Below, piece after piece: positions 17,486 to 27,888 of a DNA stretch of 64,000 bases. Source of the stretch: Opitutaceae bacterium. Its GTDB lineage: Bacteria > Verrucomicrobiota > Verrucomicrobiia > Opitutales > Coraliomargaritaceae. The translations under genes were made by a program, and so were the position numbers. Below the pieces are notes generated by a model. It did not search any database and was not told where the DNA came from. It saw nothing but the letters and a program-made list of their open reading frames with translations. Position 1 is the stretch's first letter. Each line of letters begins with the position of its first letter. The stretch is taken from assembly GCA_051252375.1 (NCBI GenBank), contig JBPOFY010000003.1:384001-448000 (forward strand), given 5' to 3'.

Positions 17486-19678
17486 CTACTTAACCATTAC
17501 GGTAAGGCGGCGTATCTTGTAGTCCGCTGCGTTTTTGCTGAATGTCCAGTCCTTCCTTCCGGAGGGTGCATTGCCGATTCCAATATCGACTGGACCGCCA
17601 CTGTTTCCCCAATTGTTGATGGCAAAGATTGTTTGCTTATCCTTCCAGTTGTGGACCTGCATGCTGCCGTAGCCTGGGTTTTGTTGGCTTGGTGAGTCGC
17701 CGAAATCGTGAGTTGAGTCGGATGCGCCGGAGATGTTGCCCTTATTTTCGGTTGAATAATTGTTGGGCCAGAACTCGATGTTTCCGCCGTCACTGTTGGT
17801 GCAAGATGTGAGGCCGCTGACGTTTGTGCGAACAGTCAGATTGCTAACTTTTTGCATGAAATGCGCACCGCTGGCTTTCGTGGGGAAGGCTATTTTTTTT
17901 ACGTCCTCCGTGAAGCGATCCATCGAGGTGAAAACATATTGTTTTGTGCCGTCGTTGTTTTCGAGTTCGAGGTAATAGGCGATTTGACTGAAAGGTGCTG
18001 CGTCGGTCGCGCTATTGTTTGTGGTATATGTGGGAGCTGATGCACCATAGTTGGCATCGGTCGGGACATCGATTTGGTAGATCACTCGAAACCCTTTAGC
18101 CTCGGGCACTTGGCTGAGAGCGGGGTTGTTGACCTTGGGCAAATCACCCGCGCGGAAAGTGGCGGCTGGAAGTCCGGCAGTGTTGACCAGATTTGGTGTG
18201 GCTAACTTGTGCCACGCAAAACGAACGGCAATAGGTTCTGGCACTGCATCTGAATGCACGATTACGGTGTTGTCGGAAATCTGGGCAGTAGCCTTGGTGA
18301 AGACGCCGTCTTTACCAGCAACTTCGAACCAGTCGGGCGATTTTCCATCGCGTGTGCTGAGCCCCTCTGCGGATATGAAATGGAGGTGTAGCTCGCTGCC
18401 TTGTGTCTGTAATGATTCGAAGACCGGCCCTGTGGACACGATGTCTTTGCCATAATCGTTGGCGAGCGCGAGTAGGGCGAGACGAGTGCCTGGTATTTCT
18501 TTATTGGGCGGATGGATATTGTTGAGCGTCGTGTAATCGCTGACCACGGCCATCCCTGTTTTGGGGATCGTCTTGACGATTTCTGCCTGAGCCTCCCAGA
18601 AGATTGGCAGAATATCTGAGGATTCTTTGCCATACTGATACGGTGCGATTTGAACAAAGTAATAAGGGAATTCATAGCCCCATGCTTCACGCCATCCTTT
18701 AAGGAGTGCTTTGGTCTTGTCGACATAGAGCATGCCTTCGCTGTGGTTCGACTCACCTTGATACCAGATAGCCCCACGTATCGCGTAAGGGACGTGGGCA
18801 TGCAGCATACCGTTGTAGAGTTTAGTCGGTGTTTGCTGATTACCTGTGAGGATTAATCCTTCGGGGAATTCAGGTGGTGCGGACACATAGCTATTGGTTT
18901 CTGCTGCGAGGTGAGCAGTTGCGGACCATTCATTTATTTGGCGCAAATAGTCATCCATCGCCTTGGTGTAGGCTGGTGAGCCCGGCAGTGTCTTCTGCAC
19001 TTGTTGGTGGATACTTTTGAGCGAGTCAATGCCTTCAAAGCCTGAAGGTGGGGTCCAAGGCTCAATTCGGGTGCCGCCCCAAGCGCTTTGCAGTAGACCG
19101 ATCGGCACGTTCAACTCTTGTTGCAGCTTGCGGCCAAAATAGTAGGCCACCGCGGAAAAGCTCTCTGCGGTCTCGGGAGTGCAGACTTTCCAATTGGCAT
19201 CGATCACATCCAATGGCTTTTCGGAGGGTCGTTTTGGGGTATGGAAGAGACGGATTTGAGGATGATTGGCCGCCGCGATCGCAGCTTGTGGGTTTTCAGA
19301 TTTCAGCATCGACCACTCCATATTGGACTGACCGGAGCAGAGCCAAACTTCGCCGACCAGCACATCGGCAAATGTGAGCTGTATGAGCTCGGCGTTTTCT
19401 TTTGTAGAGATGACTAGCTTGCCCGGTTCTGCTGATGCATTCAGGGGCTCAAGCTCGACACGCCAGTTGCCGTCATCATCGGCCTGTGTAATTTTTTTCT
19501 GTCCCGCAAACTCAACTGCGATCCGCGAGTGGGGTGCGGCTTTACCCCAAATTGGTAATGCTTGATCGCGTTGCAATACCATGTGATCTGAAAAAACAGA
19601 TGGCAGGCTGAGTTTTGTGCCGAAGCAACTGCATGCAACCAGCAGCAGGAGGTATGGGAGCGTTCTGAATGGGGTCAT
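17486..19678 (-). CDS. Sialate O-acetylesterase (SASA/SGNH) family esterase with extra C-terminal domain
   Basis: FSDHMVLQR, GEVWLCSGQSNM, WGGT, WYQGESN, IHPPNK; about 210 additional C-terminal residues. Confidence 0.88.
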   Translation of the reverse strand: MTPFRTLPYLLLLVACSCFGTKLSLPSVFSDHMVLQRDQALPIWGKAAPHSRIAVEFAGQKKITQADDDGNWRVELEPLNASAEPGKLVISTKENAELIQLTFADVLVGEVWLCSGQSNMEWSMLKSENPQAAIAAANHPQIRLFHTPKRPSEKPLDVIDANWKVCTPETAESFSAVAYYFGRKLQQELNVPIGLLQSAWGGTRIEPWTPPSGFEGIDSLKSIHQQVQKTLPGSPAYTKAMDDYLRQINEWSATAHLAAETNSYVSAPPEFPEGLILTGNQQTPTKLYNGMLHAHVPYAIRGAIWYQGESNHSEGMLYVDKTKALLKGWREAWGYEFPYYFVQIAPYQYGKESSDILPIFWEAQAEIVKTIPKTGMAVVSDYTTLNNIHPPNKEIPGTRLALLALANDYGKDIVSTGPVFESLQTQGSELHLHFISAEGLSTRDGKSPDWFEVAGKDGVFTKATAQISDNTVIVHSDAVPEPIAVRFAWHKLATPNLVNTAGLPAATFRAGDLPKVNNPALSQVPEAKGFRVIYQIDVPTDANYGASAPTYTTNNSATDAAPFSQIAYYLELENNDGTKQYVFTSMDRFTEDVKKIAFPTKASGAHFMQKVSNLTVRTNVSGLTSCTNSDGGNIEFWPNNYSTENKGNISGASDSTHDFGDSPSQQNPGYGSMQVHNWKDKQTIFAINNWGNSGGPVDIGIGNAPSGRKDWTFSKNAADYKIRRLTVMVK

Positions 19679-20739
19679 TTTTTATTCGTGTTATCTATAA
19701 TTCGAAAGACATGTGAGCAGCTGCCGTAGCCATCATTTACATTCACGCCGGTTGCTAGGTAAAGGTAGGCAGGCTTGCCGTTTATTTTTAAGATTTGCGC
19801 CCGTTCAAGGTGACCATGGTTTTTGCCTCTGTAAACGTTCGCATCGCGCAATGTTTCTTCACCAATGTAATGGGCGAGGTCCTCGTAGGCGCGGGTCACA
19901 TTTTTGGGGTTAAAATAGCCGCCGCGATGGGATTTCCAGAGTAAGCCCCCACCGGTAGAGCCTTTTGATCCGCCAAAATCACGGCTGATTAAATAAACCG
20001 AATCATTGTAACTGAATCCGTAGGCATCCTCCAGCGGCATGGACAAAGGTGTGACGGACTTTTCGAAGTTTTCATATGGACCTTCGAGTTGTTCGGAAAC
20101 TGCGACCCCGTATACGTAGGTGCCTCTTTTGGCGTCAGGTGTTTTTTTGACGACAGATTTATGGTAGAGCAGATATCTGCCGTTATTTTTGACAAGGGAG
20201 GGATTGGATACGCCGAGTTGTGCGGTATAGTTCCAGTCGGTGGGGACTGTGGATTTTCTTAGCATGGTGCCGTCTGCCTCTGCGCCGGCTGCGGGTCTCC
20301 AATTGTCATCCAGATCATCGGCGACATACATGATGATGCGTTGAGTCTTCAGTTTGTTGTCCTCATTCACGATGAAGCAAAGGACATACTTATCATCGAT
20401 TTTTTTGATAGTTGGATTGTGGGGGGAGTTGAATGATCCATCTTGGTCGGGCACCGCGATACGAACGAATTCGAAAGGACCTTCGGGTTTGTCGCCGACA
20501 TAGTGCGCGATTTCACAGTCTTTATACCAACCGTTGAAATTAGGCTGAGTGTCCGTCGGCCATTGCGCCACATAGAGGTGCACTTTGCCATCGGGACCGA
20601 TGACTGGCGAGGATCCCCAGACGTGGGTGCCTTCGGTTTGGACGGCAGGGCCGATATATTCGAAATCAAAGTCGCACGGCTTGGCGATGGTCAATAGTGG
20701 AAAGGCGAATAGCGCAACGAGGAGTGTTTGTATCTTCAT
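19675..20739 (-). CDS. Beta-propeller glycoside hydrolase (GH43/32/62/117-like clan)
   Basis: VWGSSPV, HNPTI, SNPSL, LEGPY, EDAYGF, LERAQI; signal peptide from MKIQ (20739). Confidence 0.7.
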   Translation of the reverse strand: MKIQTLLVALFAFPLLTIAKPCDFDFEYIGPAVQTEGTHVWGSSPVIGPDGKVHLYVAQWPTDTQPNFNGWYKDCEIAHYVGDKPEGPFEFVRIAVPDQDGSFNSPHNPTIKKIDDKYVLCFIVNEDNKLKTQRIIMYVADDLDDNWRPAAGAEADGTMLRKSTVPTDWNYTAQLGVSNPSLVKNNGRYLLYHKSVVKKTPDAKRGTYVYGVAVSEQLEGPYENFEKSVTPLSMPLEDAYGFSYNDSVYLISRDFGGSKGSTGGGLLWKSHRGGYFNPKNVTRAYEDLAHYIGEETLRDANVYRGKNHGHLERAQILKINGKPAYLYLATGVNVNDGYGSCSHVFRIIDNTNKK

Positions 20740-20795
20740 GAGTAAATAGAGTGGGGTGGCTAGTTGTGAAGTGTGATACCGCTTAGGTATTTCGA

Positions 20796-22841
20796 CTATT
20801 GCGCCCGATGGAATGCCGCGGCTGGTATGGGGCCACTGTCTATGCCAGGACCTGACCATTCGAGTGACAAGGTATTCATCTTGCCGGGTTTGATATAGCA
20901 ACTGAAGGGGTGAAGACCGGCTTCAAGTCGGATCGTAGCGGATCTAGTATTACCGGAAATATAGTGGGCATCGGCTTCGATTAGAGTGATGTGATGCAGG
21001 CGTAGCAGTGCCTTGCCGCCAGAGTTCAGTGCGAAAGTGTATTCGCCGCTTTTGGGTGCGTAGAGGTAGCCAGAGACCATTCGCTGTGAGCCGTGGGCGA
21101 TTGTGTCGAGTTTGGCTGTGGGTGTATCGATTTGTCCCTGTGCGCTTGGAGTGAGCTTATCTGTATTGGCGAGCCATGGGCTGGTGATCGAGTAGTCTGC
21201 CCAGTTTAGACCGGATTCCAAATTGTTCAGCTTGATCGAAGGAACGAGTTCTTTGTCGTAGGGACGCTTGGCAGCTGCAGATGGGCGGCGCATGCGTAGA
21301 GTGGTGTCTTTCATTTGCGCTTGCAGGTCGGTGCGCTCCATCGCCAGATCTGTCGATTGCTGGGGGTCTTTGACGATGTTGTAGATTTGAAAGGGATCGC
21401 TATGGCTTTTTATATTATAGCGCACGCCCATATAGTCGCCGATACGGATCGCTTGCATCTCGTTACGCTGCAGATTGCGGTGCTTGGGTAGGAATCTCGA
21501 ATATTCGGGGCTTTTACTTTTTTGTTGGTATTCAAAATAGAGTTTTGAGGGCAATTGCTGACCGACGCCTGTCAATGCGGGAAGCAGCGAGACACCGTCA
21601 CTGCGGATAGGTGCGGGAGTGCCGGCCATTTCAGTGAAGGTGGGCATCCAGTCCCAAAATGCAGAGGGTGTGTCACAGACTTGGTTGGGGGCGATTTTAG
21701 CAGGCCAGCGAGCAAGGGCGCCAACGCGTATGCCGCCTTCAAGGAGGTCGCGCTTAATGCCGTCGAAGGGGCCGTAGCTGTCGAAGAAGTTCGGCGCATA
21801 CTTTTCCTTCATGTAGGATTCTTTACTCGGACCATTATCGGAGGTGAAGACGATCATGGTGTTGTCGTCGATATTCAGATCTTTGAGCAGATGTATTAAG
21901 TCGCCGACGCAGTCGTCGATGCGGCGCACCATGGTGGCATAACGCTGGTAGATGTCGGGCCATGGTTGGTTGTTTTTCCAGCGGGCCTGTTTGTAGTCGG
22001 GGTGTATCCAGGAGTCGGGTGTGCCGGTTGCGGTGTTAATCATCTTTCCCGGTTTTTCGAGCCATTGTAAGCCGCCGTATCTGCCTCCGCCTTCAGGGTA
22101 GGCGACCGTCGGCACCTGCAGGATGGCATGCGGTGTGTCGTAGGCTAGATAAACGAAGAAGGGTTGATCCGGTGTCTTCTTGTTGTGATCAATAATCCAT
22201 TGCTTGGTGCGCGCAGTAAAGAGGTCGGTGGTGTAACATCTGTCAAAGTCTGCAGTCACATCCTTCGTATCGTGTAATAGTCGTGCCTTGTCTTCTTTGG
22301 GGTAGTGGCTGTGTCCGGCCTTGTGTGTGAGATAGCCGAAATATTCATCAAAGCCTCGATTGAGAGGGTGGGCGGGATAGCCGTTTTTCTGGTCATCTTG
22401 TTTCCCGCCATGGCCCTGTAGCCCCCATTTGCCTACGGCATAAGTGGCATAGCCTAAATTACTGAGGGTGCTGGCGATCGTGTGGTTTGCCCCAAGCGCT
22501 TTGTCGAACTGGTTGTTACGCACACTCGCGTGACCTTGGTGCACTCCGGCGAGGAGTGAGGCGCGTGAAGGTGCACAGACCGGAGCGGCGGCATAGTGAT
22601 GTGGCATCGTCGCGCCCTCGGCAGCCATCTTGTCGAGTTGCGGCGTGAAATGCCAGGGCTCATCTGCAAGTGCGGCTTCTTCACGTTGATTTTGATAGAA
22701 GACGCCGACATCACCATAACCAAGATCATCGCAAAGGATGAAAATGATATTCGGTTGTTCGCTGGCACTGACGGCAGTGGCTACAAAAGAGCATACACTC
22801 GCGATTAAGGGGAAGAGTTTTATGCGAATATTCTCGATCAT
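20796..22841 (-). CDS. Secreted Cys-type sulfatase with C-terminal PA14-like domain
   Basis: DDLGYGD, CAPSR, GKWGL, SDNG, EGGIRV; C-terminal SGYLYAPKSGEYTFAL...LEAGLHP...LEWSGPG. Confidence 0.9.
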   Translation of the reverse strand: MIENIRIKLFPLIASVCSFVATAVSASEQPNIIFILCDDLGYGDVGVFYQNQREEAALADEPWHFTPQLDKMAAEGATMPHHYAAAPVCAPSRASLLAGVHQGHASVRNNQFDKALGANHTIASTLSNLGYATYAVGKWGLQGHGGKQDDQKNGYPAHPLNRGFDEYFGYLTHKAGHSHYPKEDKARLLHDTKDVTADFDRCYTTDLFTARTKQWIIDHNKKTPDQPFFVYLAYDTPHAILQVPTVAYPEGGGRYGGLQWLEKPGKMINTATGTPDSWIHPDYKQARWKNNQPWPDIYQRYATMVRRIDDCVGDLIHLLKDLNIDDNTMIVFTSDNGPSKESYMKEKYAPNFFDSYGPFDGIKRDLLEGGIRVGALARWPAKIAPNQVCDTPSAFWDWMPTFTEMAGTPAPIRSDGVSLLPALTGVGQQLPSKLYFEYQQKSKSPEYSRFLPKHRNLQRNEMQAIRIGDYMGVRYNIKSHSDPFQIYNIVKDPQQSTDLAMERTDLQAQMKDTTLRMRRPSAAAKRPYDKELVPSIKLNNLESGLNWADYSITSPWLANTDKLTPSAQGQIDTPTAKLDTIAHGSQRMVSGYLYAPKSGEYTFALNSGGKALLRLHHITLIEADAHYISGNTRSATIRLEAGLHPFSCYIKPGKMNTLSLEWSGPGIDSGPIPAAAFHRAQ

Positions 22842-22871
22842 AGATACAGGGTTGCGGTTGCTCGCACTAGT

Positions 22872-23996
22872 TTAGTGTTGAGCGGGTCCGCTGTCGGCAC
22901 TGGGGAATCCGTTGGCTTTAATGCGGCGACCCATCTCGCGGAGTGTCGAAATGTCGGTTGGGTGTATGGATCCGTTTGGAAGTGGTCCTGTGTTGATCAA
23001 TAGATTGGCGTTGGACTGAGCCGCTGCGACGAGCTTCTTGGTGAGTTCGTCGGGTTTGATATGCGCGGCATTCTTTTTGAACCCCCAACCACCTTTGTGC
23101 AAGGTGCTGCAAACTTCCATTGGTTTGTTGTCGGGATTCTTCACGGCTTTATGTTCTGGTGCGAAATAGTCTTCGGTGCCGAGTAAGCCCTGCTTGTAGG
23201 AGATCAATACCTGCGGCTGTAGGCTGTGGATGTGATCGTAGAGTTCTTGTGCTTTGAATAGGGATCTGTCGCCGGCGTAGGGCACGCCGATACCATCCAA
23301 CCAAATGGACGCAACTGGACCGTATTGGGTGAGCAATTCAGTGACCTGCTCTGACATGTAGTCTAGGTATTTTTGTAGGTCGTGATCTTTACCGTAAGCG
23401 TAGTATGGCTCAGGTGTTGCATACTTCGGGCGTGCGCTGCCACCCCAATTGTCGTTGTTTGGAGCGTGTGGATGTCTCCAGTCGCGGCCATGAGAGAAAT
23501 ACAGACAGAGCCCGAGGTCTTTTTCCCGGCAAGCATCGGCGAGTTCTTCGACCAAGTCGCGCTTGGCAGGGCTGTTAACGCTGTTGAAATCCGTGGTCTT
23601 GGTATTGAAGAGACAGAATGAGTCGTGGTGACGAGTCGTGATATTGATGTATTTCATCCCCGCTTCCAGCGCGAGATCTGTGATGAAGTCGGCGTCGAAT
23701 TTTTCTGCAGTGAACCGGTCCTTTAATTTGGCGTATTCGGCAACGTGCATCTTTTCCTTAATCATCACCCATTCACCACGGCCTAAGAGGCTGTAGAGAC
23801 CGTAGTGAATGAATAGACCATATTTGGCATCGCGGAACCATTTTGTCGCGGCGGCACGTGGGTCTGTTTGATAGAGATCTTCATAGCCCTTCAAGTATGA
23901 CGGAATGCCGGCGTGATGGGCCGCATTCAACCAAGAAGGGAGTGCGAGTGCGCCGGCAGCAAGGGAAGTTGTTTTGATGAAGTGACGTCGATTCAT
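22872..23996 (-). CDS. GH29 alpha-L-fucosidase, Tat-exported, catalytic domain only
   Basis: MNRRHFIK twin-Arg leader; WFRDAKYGLFIHYG, TTRHHDSF, IWLDG, LLINTGP. Confidence 0.9.
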   Translation of the reverse strand: MNRRHFIKTTSLAAGALALPSWLNAAHHAGIPSYLKGYEDLYQTDPRAAATKWFRDAKYGLFIHYGLYSLLGRGEWVMIKEKMHVAEYAKLKDRFTAEKFDADFITDLALEAGMKYINITTRHHDSFCLFNTKTTDFNSVNSPAKRDLVEELADACREKDLGLCLYFSHGRDWRHPHAPNNDNWGGSARPKYATPEPYYAYGKDHDLQKYLDYMSEQVTELLTQYGPVASIWLDGIGVPYAGDRSLFKAQELYDHIHSLQPQVLISYKQGLLGTEDYFAPEHKAVKNPDNKPMEVCSTLHKGGWGFKKNAAHIKPDELTKKLVAAAQSNANLLINTGPLPNGSIHPTDISTLREMGRRIKANGFPSADSGPAQH

Positions 23997-24475
23997 AGTA
24001 TTCTGTATTGAGGGGTTTTAATGTAATAAAGCTGGTGGTTATTCCGAAAGATATGAAAGGGAAAGGGTGTCGTTTGAGGTGTCGATTACAAGCATGAGTG
24101 CGTTATTGGCATCGAGTTTTTAGATTTTGGATAAACCTGTAGGATGAGCGTGGCATGAAAGTGATTTAGATAAATAGCCATCTGTATTTTATAACACTGT
24201 AGGCTTGTTGATCTTTACACTAAATCATGCCCGCAAATACGCGATGCGAGCTCGATAGGTGGCCGTCTTGCGCTTATTAGCTGTCAGCTATGAACGTAAG
24301 GTTGTCGAAGGTGTAGACGTGTCGATTGAGTTGTGGAGATGGCTTATTCATATGCCATCTCCAAGGATAGGACTAACTTATAAAGCTTTCTGCAGTCGAG
24401 ATGCTCATTGGGCGCGCTTTAGTGCCTCAACTAATAAAAGTGGCCTACGAGCGGTCTATACAGTTTTGGGTAAGA

Positions 24476-24508
24476 AAGAAAAAGGCCACCCGCTATGGGT
24501 GGCCTTTT
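24476..24508 (-). terminator. Intrinsic terminator after the short PEP-CTERM gene (possibly bidirectional)
   Basis: GGCCACCC-GCTAT-GGGTGGCC with A and T tracts on both sides. Confidence 0.85.
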
Positions 24509-24533
24509 AAATGGATCAAATTTTTTGTAAGGA

Positions 24534-25298
24534 CTAGACCTTGCGGCGACGAAGCGCCACCCAAGTGAGTGCTAGTAAGCCCCCCATGAGCGCGTATGTG
24601 CCAGGCTCTGGGACAGCAGAGATTTGAACGTTACCGATGCGTGTGGCCGCTTGTAGATCGTTTTGTGTGCGTGTGCGGTCTGTGAATGCCAATCGGAAGT
24701 CTACCAGTTCACCAGCGCCAACAGCAAAGCTGTCGGAGAATGTGATCGTGCCTTGATTGCCGTTGCCAGTTGCGCTGGTATCGAGTGCACCGAATTGGAG
24801 GTATGCGCCACCAGCTACAGAAACGAATAAACCCACATCACGTGCACCGTAGCTGCTTGTATTATTTGAGTTATTGAATAACTGAAAAGAAAACTCGGTA
24901 AGATCTTGGTCTTTTGCTGCGGTATAAGAGAAGTCGATCCGCGGACCACTGGCTGCGTGTCCTGCGCTGAGTGTGCCACCTAAAACGCCGTTGCCAGCTG
25001 TAGTGCTAGAGCTACCGAAACGGAACATGAGGTCATTTTGGTCGCCAAAGGCCCCTTGGACATTGGTTTGGGAGCCATGAACTGCGGCCATGATTGCCTT
25101 GCTTCCAAATGTGTTAAATTGCTGGGACGATGTGACAAAGTCAGTGTCGGTTTGACCGTCAATGCGCGACAGGGCAGTAGCGGAACCACCTGATGCGGCG
25201 AGCAGACTGTCATACATTAAAATCACATCCGCTTGTGCGGTGCTGGCGAAAGCCAATGCTGCAAATGCGGTAAGGGCTGTTTTCTGGAGTATTTTCAT
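24534..25298 (-). CDS. PEP-CTERM surface protein
   Basis: Signal peptide; C-terminal VPEPGTYAL-TM-RRRKV. Confidence 0.92.
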   Translation of the reverse strand: MKILQKTALTAFAALAFASTAQADVILMYDSLLAASGGSATALSRIDGQTDTDFVTSSQQFNTFGSKAIMAAVHGSQTNVQGAFGDQNDLMFRFGSSSTTAGNGVLGGTLSAGHAASGPRIDFSYTAAKDQDLTEFSFQLFNNSNNTSSYGARDVGLFVSVAGGAYLQFGALDTSATGNGNQGTITFSDSFAVGAGELVDFRLAFTDRTRTQNDLQAATRIGNVQISAVPEPGTYALMGGLLALTWVALRRRKV

Positions 25299-25492
25299 GT
25301 GAGGGTATTTATTAAAACAGTAGGTTATAGTTATGTAAACGCATGCTAATGCAAATTATTTACACACGATTGTAAAAAAACGTTTTTAGGGCATTTTCTT
25401 TAAGATTGAGGTAGTGATGCGGATTATACGCGCTTCTCTGCATGAACTAACAATGGGGCTTTATTCGTTCTATACAGCAGTCTGAATAAAAG

Positions 25493-25523
25493 AAAAAGGC
25501 CACCCCTTGAAGGGGTGGCCTTT
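25493..25523 (-). terminator. Intrinsic terminator after the long PEP-CTERM gene
   Basis: GGCCACCCCT-TGA-AGGGGTGGCC followed by TTTTTC on the minus strand. Confidence 0.85.
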
Positions 25524-25548
25524 AGTAAGTTTGTATTGGGCTCTAGCC

Positions 25549-27888
25549 TTACTTTGCGCGGCGGCGAAGTGCGATTGCGAAGAATGCAAGCAAGCCAGCT
25601 AGGAGTGCGTAGGTTGAAGGCTCAGGGACAACTGTTAATGTTCCGTCTGTTAAGAGGTTGCTAGTGTCGAAGCTCAAGCCCCCACCTAAGTCAGTGCCAT
25701 TAATGGAGCTGAAGCTACCTGCGAAGCTGGCCCAGTCTTCAAAGACTAGGAAGGTATCATTGAGAACTGCAGTATAACCATCGACGACCAGATTGAGCGT
25801 GCCACCCGCAGTCAAAGTGTTGCCTGTGTCACCCAGAAGGACATCAAATTCACCTGCTAAACCAGTGCCTGTAAACTCAAGTATGGTTGTTGCAGCACCT
25901 GTGAGGGTTAGATCTTCGGTAAAGCTCATGGTGCCTGGGCTGTTGCCTGGGCTGAGTGTGCCGGAAACAGTGATGGCACCACCGAGGATACCAGAACCAC
26001 TCAATGTGCCACCTGCGTTGACTGTCACTGTGCCAGTTTGAGTTGCGGCATTGTTATTGTCCCAGATTAGTTCACCACCGCTCACGGTTATGTCGCCAAG
26101 AGCGGTGCTATATCCACCGTTACGACCAAAGATTTGCGTGCCGTCGCCAGTCTTAATGATGTTGATTGCATTGGTGCCATTAAAGTTGGCGTTCCATTGA
26201 TAGCTTTCACCGATAGCGACGTTGAGTGTCAGTGTTGCTGTGGAAGCACCATTGTTTTGGACTTCTCTGGTGTGGCTGCCAGAAATGAAGCTGAGGCCGC
26301 CAGCTTGCTGGTCGAGTCCATTCATATCGAAAGCCGAGGTGCCTGAGCCTGCACCGCCGATGGCCAAGACAGATTCGCTTGAAATCGCGTTGACGACGCC
26401 TGCTGTGAAAATACTTTTATCAATCGTAGTTGTGCCCTTATAGGTTTGAGCTGCATTGACGGTAAATGCTGCGGATGTCGCAGTAGTTCCGGTTGTCACT
26501 TTTACGCCACCATCGCCGCTAATGATACCAGCATAAGTGACAGCATCCGAGCGATTGAAGAAAAGCGTGCCATCATTGGCGACGTTTTTATTGTCGATTG
26601 TGCCTACGGTATCACCAGTGCCAACTTGTAAGGTGCCGGATGCGCCAATACTGATTGCCCCATCAATTTCCCCAGTGGCCACACGCCAAACAAGGTTACC
26701 ACCATTGGCAGTCAGGTTTCCGATGGCTCTCGTGTAGCCTGCGGCACGATTAAAGATTTGTTCTCCCTCACCAGTCTTAACGAAGTCGATTTTGCCAGTA
26801 GCGTTACTTGAGTTAACATTGGCATTGAAGCTATAGCTTTCCCCGGTGTCCACATCGATCGTCACGACCGCTGTAGAGTTTCCTGCATTGTTTCGGATTT
26901 CACGGGTGCCTCCGATGTCGTTGTAGAGTCCCTTAATCGCTAGGTCATTGCCGAGCAGGTTAAGGCGACTGGTTTTTCCTGATATCCCGCCGAGGACTAG
27001 AACGGAGTTCGATATCGCATTGTCATTGGTGATGTTGACCTGACCTTCCCCAATCCGGAATAAACCGGCAGTGAGAGCCGTGTTTGCCTGAGTGAATGTG
27101 ATGATGCGATTACCGGCACCCATATCGACAACAAACTCGTCTATGTTGCCTGTAAGCGTACCGTTTAGAGTCGTATTACCGTTGCCAGTAAATCGGTTTG
27201 AGAAGGTAATTGTTCCGCCGCCCAATTCCCAGTTGTTTGCGTAGGATTGGTTGGCGTTTCGCTCGTGTATGTATGTTGATCCGGCGGCTAGTTTGACGGT
27301 TTCAAATTCGCCGATGCTGGCGGCGTGTCCAATTACCGTTGTCGCCGAAGTCACATCAAGGGTGGCTCCAGAAACCTGCCAAGTGCCGTTGGCATTGTTC
27401 TGTGGGTTTTGACCGGTGTCAAATGTGCCTCCACCTTGAACGGTCAAGGTATCGCCGCTGGTCATGGCAAGGCGAGTATTATAGTCGTTCCCGTCGTTGA
27501 AAAACTCGATCTCGCCGCCGCCGGTATCCCAAGTTGCACCGCCGGATGCGATGGTGATGGTGTCACCTGCAGTACCGTTTAGCGTCGACCCTTTAAACTC
27601 CAATATGCCGCCGCCGCCGTAGGTTAGATCACCCACTGTCACTCCGGAAGTGGTGAGATCGACTTGGTATGTGCCGCTGCCAAAAACCGCCTCTGTAGCT
27701 CCTGTGTTGTCCCAGGTGGTATCGATTGTGCCGTTCCACCAGTTACTGGTTGTGGTGTCCCAAGTGCCGTTACCGCCGTCGTCGGCCAGGTTTAGGTCGG
27801 GATCCCAAGTGAGTTGCGCTTGGGCAGTTAGGGTGCTTAAAAGCAGTCCTGCTGTTAGTATGGTGGTGGTTTGATAGAATTTATTCAT
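25549..27888 (-). CDS. PEP-CTERM protein with autotransporter-associated beta-strand (beta-helix) repeats
   Basis: G/T/N-rich, KTGEGEQIF and KTGDGTQIF repeats, LSPGNSPG; C-terminal VPEPSTYAL-TM-RRRAK. Confidence 0.92.
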   Translation of the reverse strand: MNKFYQTTTILTAGLLLSTLTAQAQLTWDPDLNLADDGGNGTWDTTTSNWWNGTIDTTWDNTGATEAVFGSGTYQVDLTTSGVTVGDLTYGGGGILEFKGSTLNGTAGDTITIASGGATWDTGGGEIEFFNDGNDYNTRLAMTSGDTLTVQGGGTFDTGQNPQNNANGTWQVSGATLDVTSATTVIGHAASIGEFETVKLAAGSTYIHERNANQSYANNWELGGGTITFSNRFTGNGNTTLNGTLTGNIDEFVVDMGAGNRIITFTQANTALTAGLFRIGEGQVNITNDNAISNSVLVLGGISGKTSRLNLLGNDLAIKGLYNDIGGTREIRNNAGNSTAVVTIDVDTGESYSFNANVNSSNATGKIDFVKTGEGEQIFNRAAGYTRAIGNLTANGGNLVWRVATGEIDGAISIGASGTLQVGTGDTVGTIDNKNVANDGTLFFNRSDAVTYAGIISGDGGVKVTTGTTATSAAFTVNAAQTYKGTTTIDKSIFTAGVVNAISSESVLAIGGAGSGTSAFDMNGLDQQAGGLSFISGSHTREVQNNGASTATLTLNVAIGESYQWNANFNGTNAINIIKTGDGTQIFGRNGGYSTALGDITVSGGELIWDNNNAATQTGTVTVNAGGTLSGSGILGGAITVSGTLSPGNSPGTMSFTEDLTLTGAATTILEFTGTGLAGEFDVLLGDTGNTLTAGGTLNLVVDGYTAVLNDTFLVFEDWASFAGSFSSINGTDLGGGLSFDTSNLLTDGTLTVVPEPSTYALLAGLLAFFAIALRRRAK

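Noticed and set aside
24182..24197. CTGTATTTTATAACAC and other CTGTATA sites as LexA boxes
   Set aside because: No complete CTGT-N8-ACAG palindrome, and the downstream genes are not SOS genes.
24259..24510. 83-aa plus-strand ORF
   Set aside because: No recognisable features, and it runs through a terminator and a putative promoter.
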